A stretch of 64,000 nucleotides of DNA from Lytechinus pictus (GCF_037042905.1 NW_026974140.1:372001-436000), one strand, 5' to 3'; counted from the stretch's first letter, positions 23,253 through 36,603 are shown. Translations and numbers: made by a program. Notes: generated from the sequence alone by a model not told the origin.

Positions 23253-26200
23253 TTACTCTATAAGATTCGAGATTGTGCTTTTTAGCTTGATTTTAAAGCA
23301 GTTCAGACTAACGGAGTTAATGATGTCGTGGCTGAGTGTATTCCAGTATTTAGGACCGTAATAGGAAATTGTTTTTTTGTGCAAGTTGAGTGCGGGTACG
23401 GGGAAGGTGAAAACGGAGGGATTGTCTTGTTGGGTAATTGTGAATGGCGTTATTTTTTGTAAACATGTTAATTAATATGTTTGGGAGTTCGTTTAAATTC
23501 AATTTGTACATGAATTGCCCTGTTTGAAAAAGAAATAGATCTGGAAGTTTTAAAATATTCGACTTGTAAAATAAATTGTTAGTATGAGAACGGGGAGGAG
23601 CATTATGTATAATTCTTATAATATTCTTTTGTAAGATGAGAATTTTGTCTGTAAGATATTTGTTGGCGTTACCCCATGTCATTCTTCCATAATTCAGATA
23701 GGGAAGTATTAGGGAGGAATATAGTGTAAAAAGTGTTGATTTTGGAAAAAAGTGTCTTATTTTATTCATTACACCAATATTCCTGGATATAGTTTTGGAT
23801 ATATTTTGAATATGAATGTTCCATTTCAATTTATCGTCAATCATGAGACCTAAAAATGTGGTTGAAGAGACTCTATTTAGAGGTGTGTCATCCAAAAGGA
23901 TGTATCCAGGTAGATTTTGCAAAGTAATACTAAATAACATAAAGTTTGTCTTCAGGATGTTAAGGGATAATTTGTTAGCTTTACCCCATTCAACTACATG
24001 TCTCAGTTCACGATTTATAGTAGATAATAGTTTATTTTGGTTCGCATGAGAATAAAATAATGTCGAATCGTCTGCAAATAAAATAAAAGATAGAACATCT
24101 GAAGATTTATAAAAGTCATTTATGTATATTATAAATAACAAGGGACCCAGTATGCTACCCTGCGGAACTCCACAATTTATTTGTCGCAATTCAGAACTGT
24201 GATTATCTATTTGAACAAATTGTTTTCTATTCGATAAATAATTCCTGAACCATTCCAAGGCTTTCCCTCTAACACCATAGTGTGACAACTTTACTAATAT
24301 GATAGCATGGTTAATTGTATCGAAAGCCTAGGAAAAGTCCAGGAGTATTGCAATTGTATGTAAATGTTGATCAACGGTATGTGATAATGTATCGATGCAT
24401 TTCAATACCGCTTGAGTTGTATTGTGATTTGCTCGAAAGCCAAACTGTGATTCGCAAAAAATATTATGTTTGTTTAAGAAGTCTGTTACTCTAATAAATA
24501 CGATCCTTTCCAAAACTTTGGATAAGGATGGTAACAGTGATATTGGTCTGTAGTTTTTTGTTTCAGATGTGTCTCCTTTTTTAAATATTGGGATTACTTT
24601 AGCAATTTTAATGTTATTTGGTACAATGCCACTAGTGAGTGATAGGTAAAAAATGTGGGCCAGCGGAGTCGCCTTGTTAAGATTATTGATTTTAGGAGAC
24701 AGTTATCAATCTCGTCGTGTCCTGAACTTTTCTTTCCTTCTAACCTATTCACTATACCGATAATTTCCTCACGGTCAGTAGGGACAAAAAACAAAGAAGA
24801 TGGGTTATTATTCCCCAGATAATTATCAAATTTACTGCCAGTTGTCGGAATATTTTCTGCAAGTTTTTCTCCAATTTGAGAAAAGTACGAGTTAAAAGTC
24901 TCAGCTATCGCTTGAGGTTCTTCAATAATATCGTTAGTCTCTGATTTAATTTGGATAATTTTTTGCGTTTTACTGTTTCTGTTTAATGTTCTCTTATATA
25001 TTTTCCATGTGTTTCTCATGTTATTTTTATTAAGCTCAAATTGCATTGCATAATACTGTTTTTTCGCTTGTCGTAGTAAATTGGTCAAAATATTTTTATA
25101 TCGAGTGTATTTTTCACGAGTCTTATTATTTGGATTAGTTTTGTATTTATAAAACATATTATTTTTCCGGTTTATCGATCTTAAGATAGATTCAGTCACC
25201 CATGGAGATCTAGGGTATTTTTTATAGTTACTCACTCGTTCTCTAAATGGTATACACATATCAAAATTATCCTTTAAAATATCAATAAAATTATCGTAAG
25301 CCTCATTCACATCTTCAGAATCATAAATTTGTTGCCAGTCAACTGTACTTAAATTTTCATTGAGGCGTTCTAAATTTCTGGCATTTAAACATCGAGTTTT
25401 TATTTTAGAATTACGACTTTCATCTCGTGTGTTTAAAAGAGCAGTTCTACAAAAAATAGGGTAATGGTCAGATATATCAGAAATAACGATTCCTGATTCT
25501 AAAGGCATATCTTGCATATTATTAAAAATGTTATCAATTAATGTGGAAGATCGGTCTGTTACTCTCGTAGGTTTAGTTATGGTAGGTAAAAAAGAAGCCG
25601 AAAGAATCATTTCAAGAAAATCGTGAGGAAATCCTTGAGCATTGGACTGCAACAAATTGGCATTGAAGTCACCCATTAAGAAACAGTGTTTATTTTGAAT
25701 AATTGGACTTTGTAAAATGTTTTGGATATCTCTTAAGAAATCATCATGGGGACATTGTGGAGGGCGGTAAATCACCCCTATTATAACATTCCTACTGTAT
25801 TTATTTTTAACCTCTATAAAGAGTGATTCAAGACTGTCATTCATGTGGGTAAGATTTTTTAAACAAGAGTAATCTAGTCGGTTCGGTATATACATACCAA
25901 CACCGCCTCCTGGTCTATTATGTCTGTTGTTTGTGAGTAAATAATAATCATCAATGTTCAAAAGAGAGTTACTAGAGTGTTGGAGCCATGTTTCAGTCAG
26001 ACCAATAATAGGGCTATTATGTGAATTAAAATGTTCTAGTAGTAGATCAAGCTGTTCAAAATTCTTGTTCAGGCTCCTTATATTCATATGTAAAAGAAAC
26101 GTGTTATCATTTATATTGTTCAAACTATTTGATTTGTATTCATTTACCGTATAGTATTTAGATGAAGCAAACTGTTGTATTGGGTCATTGTCATCAAAGT

Positions 26201-26399
26201 TAAGGGGCAACTCTTCTGAGTTTGTATTTAAATCATAAGAGATGCTGTTGTCGTGTTCGGGATTATCTATAGCTCTAGTTATTTTCCTATCTGCGTGAAG
26301 CTGGAACAAAAACTCGTCGTCGTCAATAGAATTGAAAGGAAATTCCGTTGCTAACGCAAGAGAGACTGAGGAACGAATCCCAATACTACATAAATATTT
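23253..26399 (-). pseudogene. LINE B ORF2 (APE-RT), a few disruptions in RT and the C-terminus
   Basis: FPFNSIDDDEF, LLHMNIRSL, GLTETW, IYRPP, MGDFN, SDHYP, GVPQGSILGPLLF, LFADD, ending GPKYWN...LIE*. Frameshift ~24660, stop ~24328, frameshift ~23370. Confidence 0.92.
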
Positions 26400-29300
26400 T
26401 TAGTAATAAATACTTTCGAATTCCAATTGAGCAAGCCGGATAACGATCCCAACATTTGGAAATAGGGACTAGATAGTGCAATGCATGTGTGTAGTGAGAT
26501 ATAACTAAGTGATGAGGAGACAATGATATGAGAGAAAGAAATAAAAGAAAACATGACATGAAATGAAAACATAACATTTAAATAGAGCATGTTTGAAATA
26601 AGCGAAATTGTGAAACGGCGATGGCTAACCCCTGCTAGTGTATAGATTAAGCTATTTTTTTTTCAGAAGTTCCCTTTGTTATTTACGAATTTCTGCATGA
26701 TTGATAGGAACTTGCTTGAACAAAATTGTATACAAAGAGCCAGAAATAGCAATTAGATACGTATTGTGTCACGATAAATGCTATTCAAAAAAATTGTAAT
26801 GGCCTGCTCAGTATATCTATGCAAGCAAATAAAATCAAGTTTGGGGAAGTGTGATTATCATAATGAACATACACATTTATTTGTGTTTGGAAGGGGGGGG
26901 GGGTATTTACAGGAGTCTCTGTCATTAACTATTCAAGATTCAAATGATCGTACATATTTGATTCTTAATATACATTTGGTCACTCAAATTAGATGGAATA
27001 TATTAATAATAATTAAAGTTGTAAAAGCAGAGCAAAGAATTTATTTTAGATTCCTGAATACGTTACGTATTGTGTTCACAGGTGAATTCGTGAATAGATT
27101 TGAGCATGAGTAAATCATGTAAATGTTGACAGGCAAATGCAGTATTTGCTATGGCATCAATGACATGTACAATGCATTTAAAATGCTGATTGGATTAATG
27201 TAATCTTAGTCCAAAAAGGCATCGAATTATAAACAAATTTAGCGATATTAAAGTACATCCAGGACTACAATGAGAACGCCACAAATCATACAATATATTT
27301 CAATTGACTTGATTGTGGACGATCCAAGATATTTCAAATTTACAGAAAATCTCGAAAAGATCTTGGTTGTGAACCATCTATATAATGCATCTAAATAAAC
27401 TTGTTTGTGATCTACAATAAGATCCAAGGTTGTGAAGTGTGAACCAAATATTTTAGATCTTAGTTGTGATCAAGCTACAATAAAAATATTGGTTGTGAAT
27501 AATCAATAATGATAATGCATCACATCAAGATCTCAGTTGTGATCAATCTACGATGTAGATCTTTATTGTAATAAATCCACATTTTTTTAAGAGCCTGGTT
27601 GAGATCGATCTTCAATGTGATCAATCTTAGTTGTGATCAAACTGCAATACTGATCTTGGTTGTGAACAATCAATAATAGTAATGCATCACATCAAGATCT
27701 AGTAGTGATCGACCTACAATATAGATCTTAATTGTAATAATCCACATTCAAGAGCCTGGTTAGGATCAATCTTCAGTACAGATCTTGTCTATGTTCAATC
27801 TATAATAAGATCCTGGCTGTGAATCATCTATATATAATGCCATTAGACATGTTAGATATTGGCTTTGATCAATCAGCAATTAGATCCTGGTTGTTATCAA
27901 TCTACCATACACATCTCGGTTGTAAAAGTAAAAAATCTTAAATGAAAATACATTTCAATAAGATCCTGGTTGTCATTAAACTGAATTATAGATGTTGGTA
28001 GTGATCAATTAATAATATATTCCAATACGATCTTGATGGTTAATAACCAGAAATGCATCTCATTAAAAACTAATTATGAATAATCTGAGACATATCTCAT
28101 TAAGATCTTGATTGTGAATAAGCTAAAATATATTTCATTAAAATTTTGTCTATAATGATAATGCATCACATCAAGATCTGAGTTGTGATCAAACTACAAT
28201 ATAGATCTATATTGTAATAATCCACATTCAAGAGCCTGGCTAGGATCAATCTTCAGTACAGATCTTGTCTGTGTTAAATCTATAATAAGATCCTGGCTGT
28301 GAATCATCTATATATAATGCCATTAGACATGTTATATATTGGCTTTGATCAATCAACAATTATAACCTGGTTGTTATCAATCTACCATACACATCTCTGT
28401 TGTAAAAGTACAAAATCTTAAATGAAAATACATTTCAATAAGATCCTTATTTGTCATTAAACTGCATTATAGAAGTTGGTAGTGATCAATTAACAATATA
28501 TTCCAATACAATCTTGATGGTGAATAACAAGAAATGCATCTCATTAAAAACTAATTATGATAATCTGAGATACAGCATCTCATTGAGATCTTGATAGTGA
28601 ATAATCTGAAATATGTTTTATTGTAAGATTTTGATTGTAAGCAAATTACTAACATCTCACTAAGATTTTAAGTGTGATCAGCCTTCAACATGTTTAATAC
28701 TGCTCTACAACATCTTGGTAACTGTAAACTCAATATCTTGGCTGTTCTCAATCAACAAAATAGATTTTGATTTCCATCAGTCTGCAGTACATCTCAAAAT
28801 GATCTTAGGCGTTGGGTGTGATCAATCTACAATACATATCAATAATTGGGTATGATCAATACAGATGTAGACTATATTTCAATAAACATTTTGCTTGTGG
28901 ATATAGATTGCAGCATGCTTTGGTGCAGTAAGAGGATAATTTACAAAGCATATCAAAGAGATCATGGTTGTGATCAAACTACAATGTGTCATAATTATTA
29001 GGTGTGATCACTTTATTAAGTATCTTGTCAGGATCTTTGATGTGATTTATTAATAACACACGTCAATAAAGTTTAGAGATTTTAGTGAACATATATTGAT
29101 ACATTTTATAAGGTATACTTATAATCAACTCCGAATACATCATAATTTAGATCATAAGCTGTGATCAAATGTATTCGTTATTGTTTTCACAGCACTTGAA
29201 TAAGATTGTCGATCACGGGTGTTCAAGATTTTGTGAAACTTAAGTGTTTTGAAGATATATTTTAAAACTTACGACGATCAATACAATGACCTCTCGAATG

Positions 29301-30036
29301 TAAATGACCAAGGAAAAACATGTAACGTTTCAATAAATTAATAACCCACTCCAAATTATTTGCCATTGATCAATTTCTTAGAAATTTCAGTAAATGCCTG
29401 TATGTGTATAGGTCATATTAAATTTATAGAACTATTACATAGAACATTACGCGATTGCCTGCCAAGCATTATGAAGCGTATTATGATCCTGCTTGAATGT
29501 CAGAAGGGGCGTTGTTACAGAGTGTGTGATGCAAAATTTCTTTATCAACTTCGAGGTTTTGTAGGATACGAATAATATATAATACTATATATCACATAAA
29601 TTGAGTAGACAATTTGTTCTGTGATTAATTGCATTATTATGCAAGAAGAAGTTGTCAACTTAAATTCAAAGATTCAATGAATCTAGAAAGTATGTCATGC
29701 ATATCGCATGTCGATTTGAGTATTTGAGATAAATCTTTAAAGTATATAGGGGTTAGATACATTTCTCTCAGTCAACAACTTGCTAGCTTATTCATTCTCT
29801 TCAAGCATGATAGAAATGTGGGTAAGACTGAAAATCCATGAAGTTTAACTCTTGAGTATTTTTTCAGAATGAGGAGTCATTTTTCATGTTCATCAGGTAA
29901 GCTAAAGTGATTACAATATGGTGCGAGGATTGTAAGAAAACATAGTAAGTCACATGCATAGCTTTGTCAAGATGGTGACCTGTTGAATAATGAAATGGAG
30001 ACATCAGATCTGATTTATAATATTTACCCAATGATG
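26400..30036 (-). repeat. LINE B inter-ORF spacer with ~30-bp degenerate repeats and a ~480-bp tandem duplication
   Basis: AGATCTTGGTTGTGATCAATCTACAAT-like unit repeated across ~27300-29200. 27675-28150 is duplicated at 28155-28640. Confidence 0.8.
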
Positions 30037-31122
30037 TTACTCATTCCAGGTTGTCCAGGCGTCCTCTCTGTTTCGTTTTGTTTGAAGAGTGACAGATGTA
30101 TTGACGACTTTGATTCTTGTCATTAGTTTCCTTTCTTTCCTAAGCGTGTAGGCAATGGAGGACAGTCGACCTCGTTCGCGCTTCATAGATGGTTGAAGAT
30201 CTGACCGTACGGTGATACGTCGTCGAGCTCCAGCACTTTCGTGGTCGTTGACTGGTCGACGGCGAGCGTAATCGGGGTGCTCGAATGCCTTCAAGACGTT
30301 GTCTCGATCGACCATCCTGGCAAATCTGATGATTATAGGATCGGGAGAATGAGAGGCACTGGGATTTCTAGGATTGCGAGTAGTCGGAAGGCGGTGTGCG
30401 TTAGAAATGGGAATCTTCTCGGCATCATCATGTGTTATGTTTAGAAGCTCAGCGATTGCTTTAGTAGATTCTTTAAGGACATCTTCATCTTTTTTCTGAC
30501 TTACACCATAACTCAGAAGGTTCATTTTCCTAAGGTGAATTTCCTGCAGAAGCAACTTTTCTTCGAGGTCTGCAACCATTTTTCTGCTTCCGTTGATGGC
30601 ATCTGGAATGGTGGAAGTTTCGACGACAGAAATCCTCTCAGAAGTGTCACTAACGGAAACCTGCAGCTCAGCTACCACTCTGTTAGTAGCATCTAGCTCT
30701 AGCTTGAAATGTGCGATATTCCGTAAAACATGATCTAATTTGCGGTTAATTTCAGAATTTGACTCCGCTACGGCACTTTTGACTGCTTGCGAAATCGCGG
30801 TAAGCATACTGGCCGAAACTCCGTCTCCGTGTTGGTTCATGCGTGCACTAGTGCGCGGTCTTGCCCCTTGAGCTGCTATGTCGGAATTTGCTGATTGGGG
30901 CGTGGCACTTCCTGATTCGGTTTTTTTAGCAGCGTGCTTTACCTTCACGGTCGGGGTGGTCTCGGCGTAGGGCATGTCCAATTTCTGGTTCTGTGTCGCA
31001 GGTGAGACTGACGCCATTTTGGTTGCAGTTTTGGAGTCAATTTCAGACTTTTTGCTCCTTGGTCGAAGTTGATATTGCTTGTTTTGATTCCTGGCACTTT
31101 TCCGGTCAGATTTATAGCTCAT
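30037..31122 (-). CDS. LINE B ORF1p, intact
   Basis: Likely start MSYKSDRK at 31122 (an upstream in-frame ATG exists at 31194). YQLRPR, coiled coil, RKMNLLSYGV, NAHRLP, PIIIRF, VRSDL. Confidence 0.85.
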   Translation of the reverse strand: MSYKSDRKSARNQNKQYQLRPRSKKSEIDSKTATKMASVSPATQNQKLDMPYAETTPTVKVKHAAKKTESGSATPQSANSDIAAQGARPRTSARMNQHGDGVSASMLTAISQAVKSAVAESNSEINRKLDHVLRNIAHFKLELDATNRVVAELQVSVSDTSERISVVETSTIPDAINGSRKMVADLEEKLLLQEIHLRKMNLLSYGVSQKKDEDVLKESTKAIAELLNITHDDAEKIPISNAHRLPTTRNPRNPSASHSPDPIIIRFARMVDRDNVLKAFEHPDYARRRPVNDHESAGARRRITVRSDLQPSMKRERGRLSSIAYTLRKERKLMTRIKVVNTSVTLQTKRNREDAWTTWNE

Positions 31123-31380
31123 AATTTTGATGTAACTTGTGTAAATAGGGGTTTTTACACCGCAGTTGACTCTAGACACACATGCTAAGTTCATGCGTCA
31201 GCGCACCAAGTTCTTGTGCGTTAGAAATGGGAATCTTCTCGGCATCATCATGTGTTATGTTTAGAAGCTCAGTTCAGAAGCTCAGAAAATAAGCTTAAAT
31301 TATTTCATGATAAAAAACGGCCTCTCAGCTGCCCCAACCCCCCCCCCCCGCGAGATCTCGGCCGTCGAACGCGCAATCGC

Positions 31381-32060
31381 ACCAAATGCCCAACGCCTTT
31401 AAGGAATCCCCAAGCATCACAGTTTTTAAACATAACCTTAAAAAGATGCTTATTAGCCAATACTTTACACAAACAAGTCAATCTACCATATAACCAAAAC
31501 TATATACAACAAAAACTTTTGTTTTAAACCTCCCAGGATACAACTTGCCTGCCGACCTTTTCCCGCACCTGCCATGCTCCTCTTTGCACCTCCAATTGTA
31601 CCTGCACCCCCCCTCTCTCCCTACATTTGCTTCTCAGTTCCTCCCTCATTATCACAATTATTGTAACCATACTGTTATTATTTTTTTATTATTATTATTA
31701 CTATTATCACTTATTCTAATTTGTGTTACCCTTCCGTTGTTACCTTTGATATTTTGTATAGCCTCCTTTTCCCTTCTTTTTAATTGTCTCACGTCTCTCC
31801 TTTGTATTATAATTTTGTAATATACGTAGAGAAACTAAGTTACGGGGGCTTGCCTCTCATACAAGCTTTGCTTTTCTTGGCAAGCCCCTCCGTTCTGTTT
31901 TATATAGTCATTATAGTCAAAGTTACTTTAGTTCGCATTAGTTCTCATTGTTTATACCTTACTCCGATTGATGTTGTACTTCAAATTTGACCATGTGTTG
32001 TTTGATTTTGTTGTGCTTTGTGAACGGAAAATGAATAAATCTAAAAATCTAAATCTAAAT
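31381..32060 (+). mobile_element. Severely 5'-truncated LINE of the same group (last ORF2 codons, 3'UTR and tail)
   Basis: QMPNAFKESPSITVFKHNLKKMLISQYF aligns by eye with the LINE A ORF2 end SLPEPVKQSSSLHSFKANVKSMLLSEYF. Hairpin 31842-31893. AATAAA 32034 then (TCTAAA)n-like tail. Confidence 0.75.
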
Positions 32061-32294
32061 GTTGGCGAGCAGGATGTATTGGACATGACCTCAAATTGTA
32101 TAGCAATTAATTAGTGTTATGCAAGTCGGTATTAAATGGTGTATGTTAATTTATGCGTAATTTGTAACAAAATTATACTTTTTTTCCTCTAACTCCCTTA
32201 ATGAAGCTTTAAACAATTTATTTTGGTATACAAACTCTTTGTGGTGTTCCTAGCAAATGTATGTAAAGAACGATATCAGATCAATTCCTTATGC

Positions 32295-32363
32295 ATTATA
32301 TAGATATATATGTATATATATATATATATACATGTATATATATATACATGTATATATATATAA

Positions 32364-32415
<52 letters not shown>
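32295..32415. repeat. (TA)n microsatellite, left flank of the 32416-34915 element; partner tract 34916-34967
   Basis: Direct reading. Confidence 0.95.
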
Positions 32416-32416
<1 letters not shown>

Positions 32417-34911
32417 GCAGCAATGGAGATACACACCTGAAAGTTGACCCTGAGTCAACCGACTTGAAGTCAATTTACTCAGAGTCATGTTCAGAACTAC
32501 GGGCGGCAATGGAGTGCTTTCACGATGGGAAACACAGTTGGGGGTGTGATCGCTTATTAGAACAGCCACTACGTACATTCATAGACCTGCTGTGTGTTCT
32601 GCGGAGCGAGAGCTGATTTTGTGAAATAGTATAGTCTTATTCCAGGAACGAATAAATAACCCAAAAAAAGAGTAAAATTTGGATTGTTCTTGTAGTTGAA
32701 TAATATGGTTCCAAGATTAATCACCAAAATATTTGTTCATTCAATTCAATTTGGATTACATCCAATTAGATGTACTGATGCCTAGATTAGTAGGGTTTCC
32801 AAGGCTGCAGTTGGGGGGGGGGGGCAGTTGATATTTGAATTAACAATAAAAATGAAAACAAAGGTAGATCGACTTGATTTCGATGTATACATAACATATC
32901 ATAGATCCTGTCCATGTCTCAATTATTTTTTTTTTTTGGAGGGGGGGGGGGTGCAGTTGATATATTAATATAGCATAATACTCAGTATTATGATTATATT
33001 TCTTGATATAATGGACTAAAAGTGATGGAATGTTTTGTACGGTGACTGGAGGTCACCGTCTGTAGTATTCACTTAACTTGATGTTGTTATGCCTCACTTC
33101 ATAGATTTTCATGTTGAGATAATATTACCTCATCCCATACCCTGTCTATGACTTTTTTTTTCCAGCGGGGGGGGGGGGGGGATTGATATCATGATTTTGC
33201 ATAAAACTGTTAATAAAACAACCTCAGTCGTGTGATTATATTCCTTCATGTAACTGACTAAAAGTGATGACATGTTTTTTTATTAGATGACTTGAGGGTT
33301 TTGTGGGTAGTATTAACTTTACTTGAAGTTTTGGGTCAATTTATGGTTTTCATGTTGTACATTGTCTAGAGACATTTAATTTATCCCGGCATGTCCGACA
33401 TCCACGTATCATACCTACTCATACAATTTTTTCCCATTTATTCATTTATTTATTTATTTTATTTTTTTTTATTATTATTTTTTTTTTTTTGGGGGGGGGA
33501 GTTGATATTTAAAGACGCACATTCCTCGCCAGTAGTTCTGCAGCATGGAGACTTAACGCAGCAATGCCCACGCGATTTCGTGCGAATGGGACAGTGTGTT
33601 GTTATGACTCTCTTTGTGGATTTTCAGGACTAGATAACATTACCTTATATCCCTTAATATAATCAACTCAAAGAGAATATATGTTTTAGTTTGCTGTCTT
33701 GAGGTCAACAATGGTGGTATTCATCTTACCTGAAGTTGTTATGACTCTCTTTGTGGATTTTCAGGAATAGATGACATTACGTTATTCCCATATCCTGTCC
33801 ATATCTTAATATAATAGTTTTTTTCTTGTCTTTTTTTGAGGGGGGGGGTGGAGCAGTTGGTATCTTACTTTAGCGTGAAACAGACCTAAAATATATGAAG
33901 TATATAAAGTAATATATCCCTCATTAAAATCGACTGAAAGTGATGATATGTTTTAGTTTGCTGACTTCAGGTCAATAATGGTGGTATTCATCTTACCTCA
34001 AGTTGTTATGACTCTCTTTGTGGATTGTTTTGCGTTGCGGTGTGATATGTATCGAGATCTGACATAGTTACCATATAGATCTAGATCTAGTATTTTAATT
34101 ATGTTGAAAAAAATACAATTCAATGTCAATATATCTACCAAGAATTGCCTCATCCGGCCTAGATCTACATTTTCAACTTGACAAATCAAATCAAATCAAA
34201 TTTATCGACATTTTCATACATGCGCGCGCGCACACACACACACACGCATACACACACAAACCTTTTGAAGAAAATATGGGGGATGGGCGGGGTGGGGGGG
34301 GGGTGGGGGAACAGCAGCGCGCCCCACAAAGACACAAACCCTTCCAGAAGTAGGCCTACGCCACTGTCAGTCCACTTTATTGGATGTCAAAATTGACGAA
34401 TCTTGGAAAATAAGCGTCGAACCATAATATCACACCACAGTTTGAACAACAAAAACAAAACAAAACAATTTTAGAGCATTGTTATACTTATTATTTTACT
34501 TATTTATTTATTCCTGGAATAAGACTACACAAAATCGGCTCTCGCTCCGCAGAGTACGCAGTAGGTCTATGCACGTACGTATAGTGGCTGTTCTAATAAG
34601 CGACCACAACCCCACATTAATCGCTCTGCGTGGAACATTACAATGACAAATCTAGACTCATTATTTTGTCATTAAGGCATTATAATTAATACAGGAAACG
34701 CAAATAGAGATGAATAACCAAGCAATAACTCAAACCAGTTGAACAGTTATCAAGAAAACAGACAACATGTTAGAAAAATCAACTGAAAGAAACTGCAATC
34801 GTTGCCGCCCACAGTACACTCTCTGAGCTCGAAAAAATTATAAGTCCTGAACATGAATTGACTTCAAGTCGGTTGACTCAGGGTCAACTTTCAGGTGTGT
34901 ATCTCCATTGC

Positions 34912-34915
<4 letters not shown>
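32416..34915. mobile_element. 2.5-kb non-autonomous TIR DNA transposon inserted in (TA)n
   Basis: Perfect 60-bp TIR (32416-32475 / 34856-34915). Diverged subterminal IR ~32540-32680 / 34500-34613. Internal ~230-bp degenerate repeats with G-runs. Confidence 0.85.
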
Positions 34916-34967
<52 letters not shown>

Positions 34968-34969
<2 letters not shown>

Positions 34970-35552
34970 CTGAGTTTGGCCATTAATTTCTCCCAACTTC
35001 CACCTTTTCACAATGCATATTTGACATCATTCAAAATATCATTTAATTCTCTTTAAAATAATACCATACTTGTTATGATCATGTCATTACTAAAAAGAGC
35101 AGGATTCAAAAGTGTTGGATGAGGTCTGAATTGAAAAGCTGCAAAACGAGCAAAAACAGGTTTGGAATTTTGGGTTTGCTCATTAATTTCTCCCGACTCC
35201 CAATTATACACAATGCATATTTGACAGCATTCAAAAGATCATTTAATTTTCTTTAAAATGATACCATGCTTGTTATGATCATGCCATTACGAAAAGAGCA
35301 GGATTCAAAAGTGTTGGATGAGGACTGGATTGAAAAGCTTTAAAACGAGCAAAAAAAAAAAGATTGAAAATCTAATCAGGTTTGGAATTTTGGGTTTGCT
35401 CATTAATTTCTCCCGACTCCCAATTATACACAATGCATATTTGACAGCATTCCAAAGATCATTTAATTATGTTTAAAATGAAACCATGCTTGTTATGATC
35501 AAGCCATCATTCAAAAGTGTTGGATGAGGTCTGAATTGAAAAGCTGCAAAAC
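34968..35552. repeat. Three tandem ~190-220 bp units
   Basis: CATTAATTTCTCCC...CAATGCATATTTGACA.CATTC...AAAAGTGTTGGATGAGG at ~34981, 35181 and 35401. Confidence 0.85.
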
Positions 35553-35678
35553 AAAATAGTCATGAAGGGTCAATACAGAACATGATTGTTTTGTCTGTGT
35601 CAATAGAGGTGAACATCCATTCAAACCAAGCCCCTGCTTCCTAATTTTAAGGTTTTTTGTGGTTTATGTAGGGTTCTA

Positions 35679-35930
35679 GGACAATTAACCCCCGGACAAT
35701 TACCCCCCGAACAACTACCCCCGGACAATAACCCCCGGACAATTACCCCCTGATGACAATTACCCCAAGGACAATTACCCCCGGAAAATTACCCCGGACA
35801 ATTACCCCCGGACAATTACCCACGGACAATTCCCCCCAGACAATTACCTCCTGACAATTACCCCCCCCCCCCGGATCATTACCCCCCCCCGGACCATTAC
35901 GCCCCGGACAATTACCCCCAGAAAATCCCC
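35679..35930. repeat. ~15-bp minisatellite GGACAATTACCCCC
   Basis: About 16 tandem units by direct reading. Confidence 0.9.
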
Positions 35931-35985
35931 CCTTCTCTCCGGCATCAATAGCCACCTTTCGCAATCCTCACGGACGCTAATATTA

Positions 35986-36115
35986 GGGTCCCCTAACACA
36001 AAAGTTAACGCTTAATCATACACTTGATTTTTAAGATTGATTGTACATTATAGTCAATAGAATCAAACGTCGAAAACTGCTCTACAATCAATGCTAAACT
36101 TTGTGTTACAGGCCC
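35986..36115. mobile_element. Short Harbinger-like MITE
   Basis: GGGTCCCCTAACACAAAAGTT...AACTTTGTGTTACAGGCCC imperfect TIRs. Confidence 0.5.
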
Positions 36116-36460
36116 TACAGATCTGCTTTTCGTGTGCAAAATTCTTCCCCGCGATACCCGCACCATACATGCATGTACATTGCGACTGGTGGCTGGAGAT
36201 ATTCGAAATGCAGGACCTACAATAGATTATGACATGAATAAGAAAGTGTTTTTTTAAACAAATCGAGTACATATTGAATGAGGAAAAAGTTACTGAATTA
36301 AGGCTTAGATATAGATCATTACAGTCCATCGAATCGATATTGCATTTCATGTGGATTATTGGTGGATGACTGGCAATTGATTCCATGGGTCAGATCAACT
36401 TTGCAGCCGAAACCATTTCGCATGCGTTGATATGTACACAGGATATGCAAAAGGCCTATA

Positions 36461-36603
36461 CATTGTGTGCTAGAGGCATATCGTTTGTGTAGAAGTAAAC
36501 AAAAGGAAAAAACCCTCAAAATCGACTGAAGTTCAGACGTATTTGCGGGTTTTTTATTTTGTATACTCCTTCTACACAAACGGTATGCCTCTAGCACACA
36601 ATG
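36461..36603. mobile_element. TA-flanked MITE (Tc1/mariner-like)
   Basis: TA|CATTGTGTGCTAGAGGCATATCGTTTGTGTAGAAG...CTTCTACACAAACGGTATGCCTCTAGCACACAATG|TA. Confidence 0.8.

Larger units (their letters stand above)
22647..31380 (-). mobile_element. LINE B: near full-length L2/CR1-group non-LTR retrotransposon
   Basis: ORF1 31122-30037, spacer, ORF2 ~26399-23253, 3'UTR hairpin 22932-22975, AATAAA then (ACTGA)n tail at 22647-22663. Confidence 0.88.

Noticed and set aside
27300..29200. LINE B spacer as a decayed LRR-coding region (YCxLIT-like reads)
   Set aside because: No sustained frame, frequent stops, and unit lengths are not consistently multiples of three.
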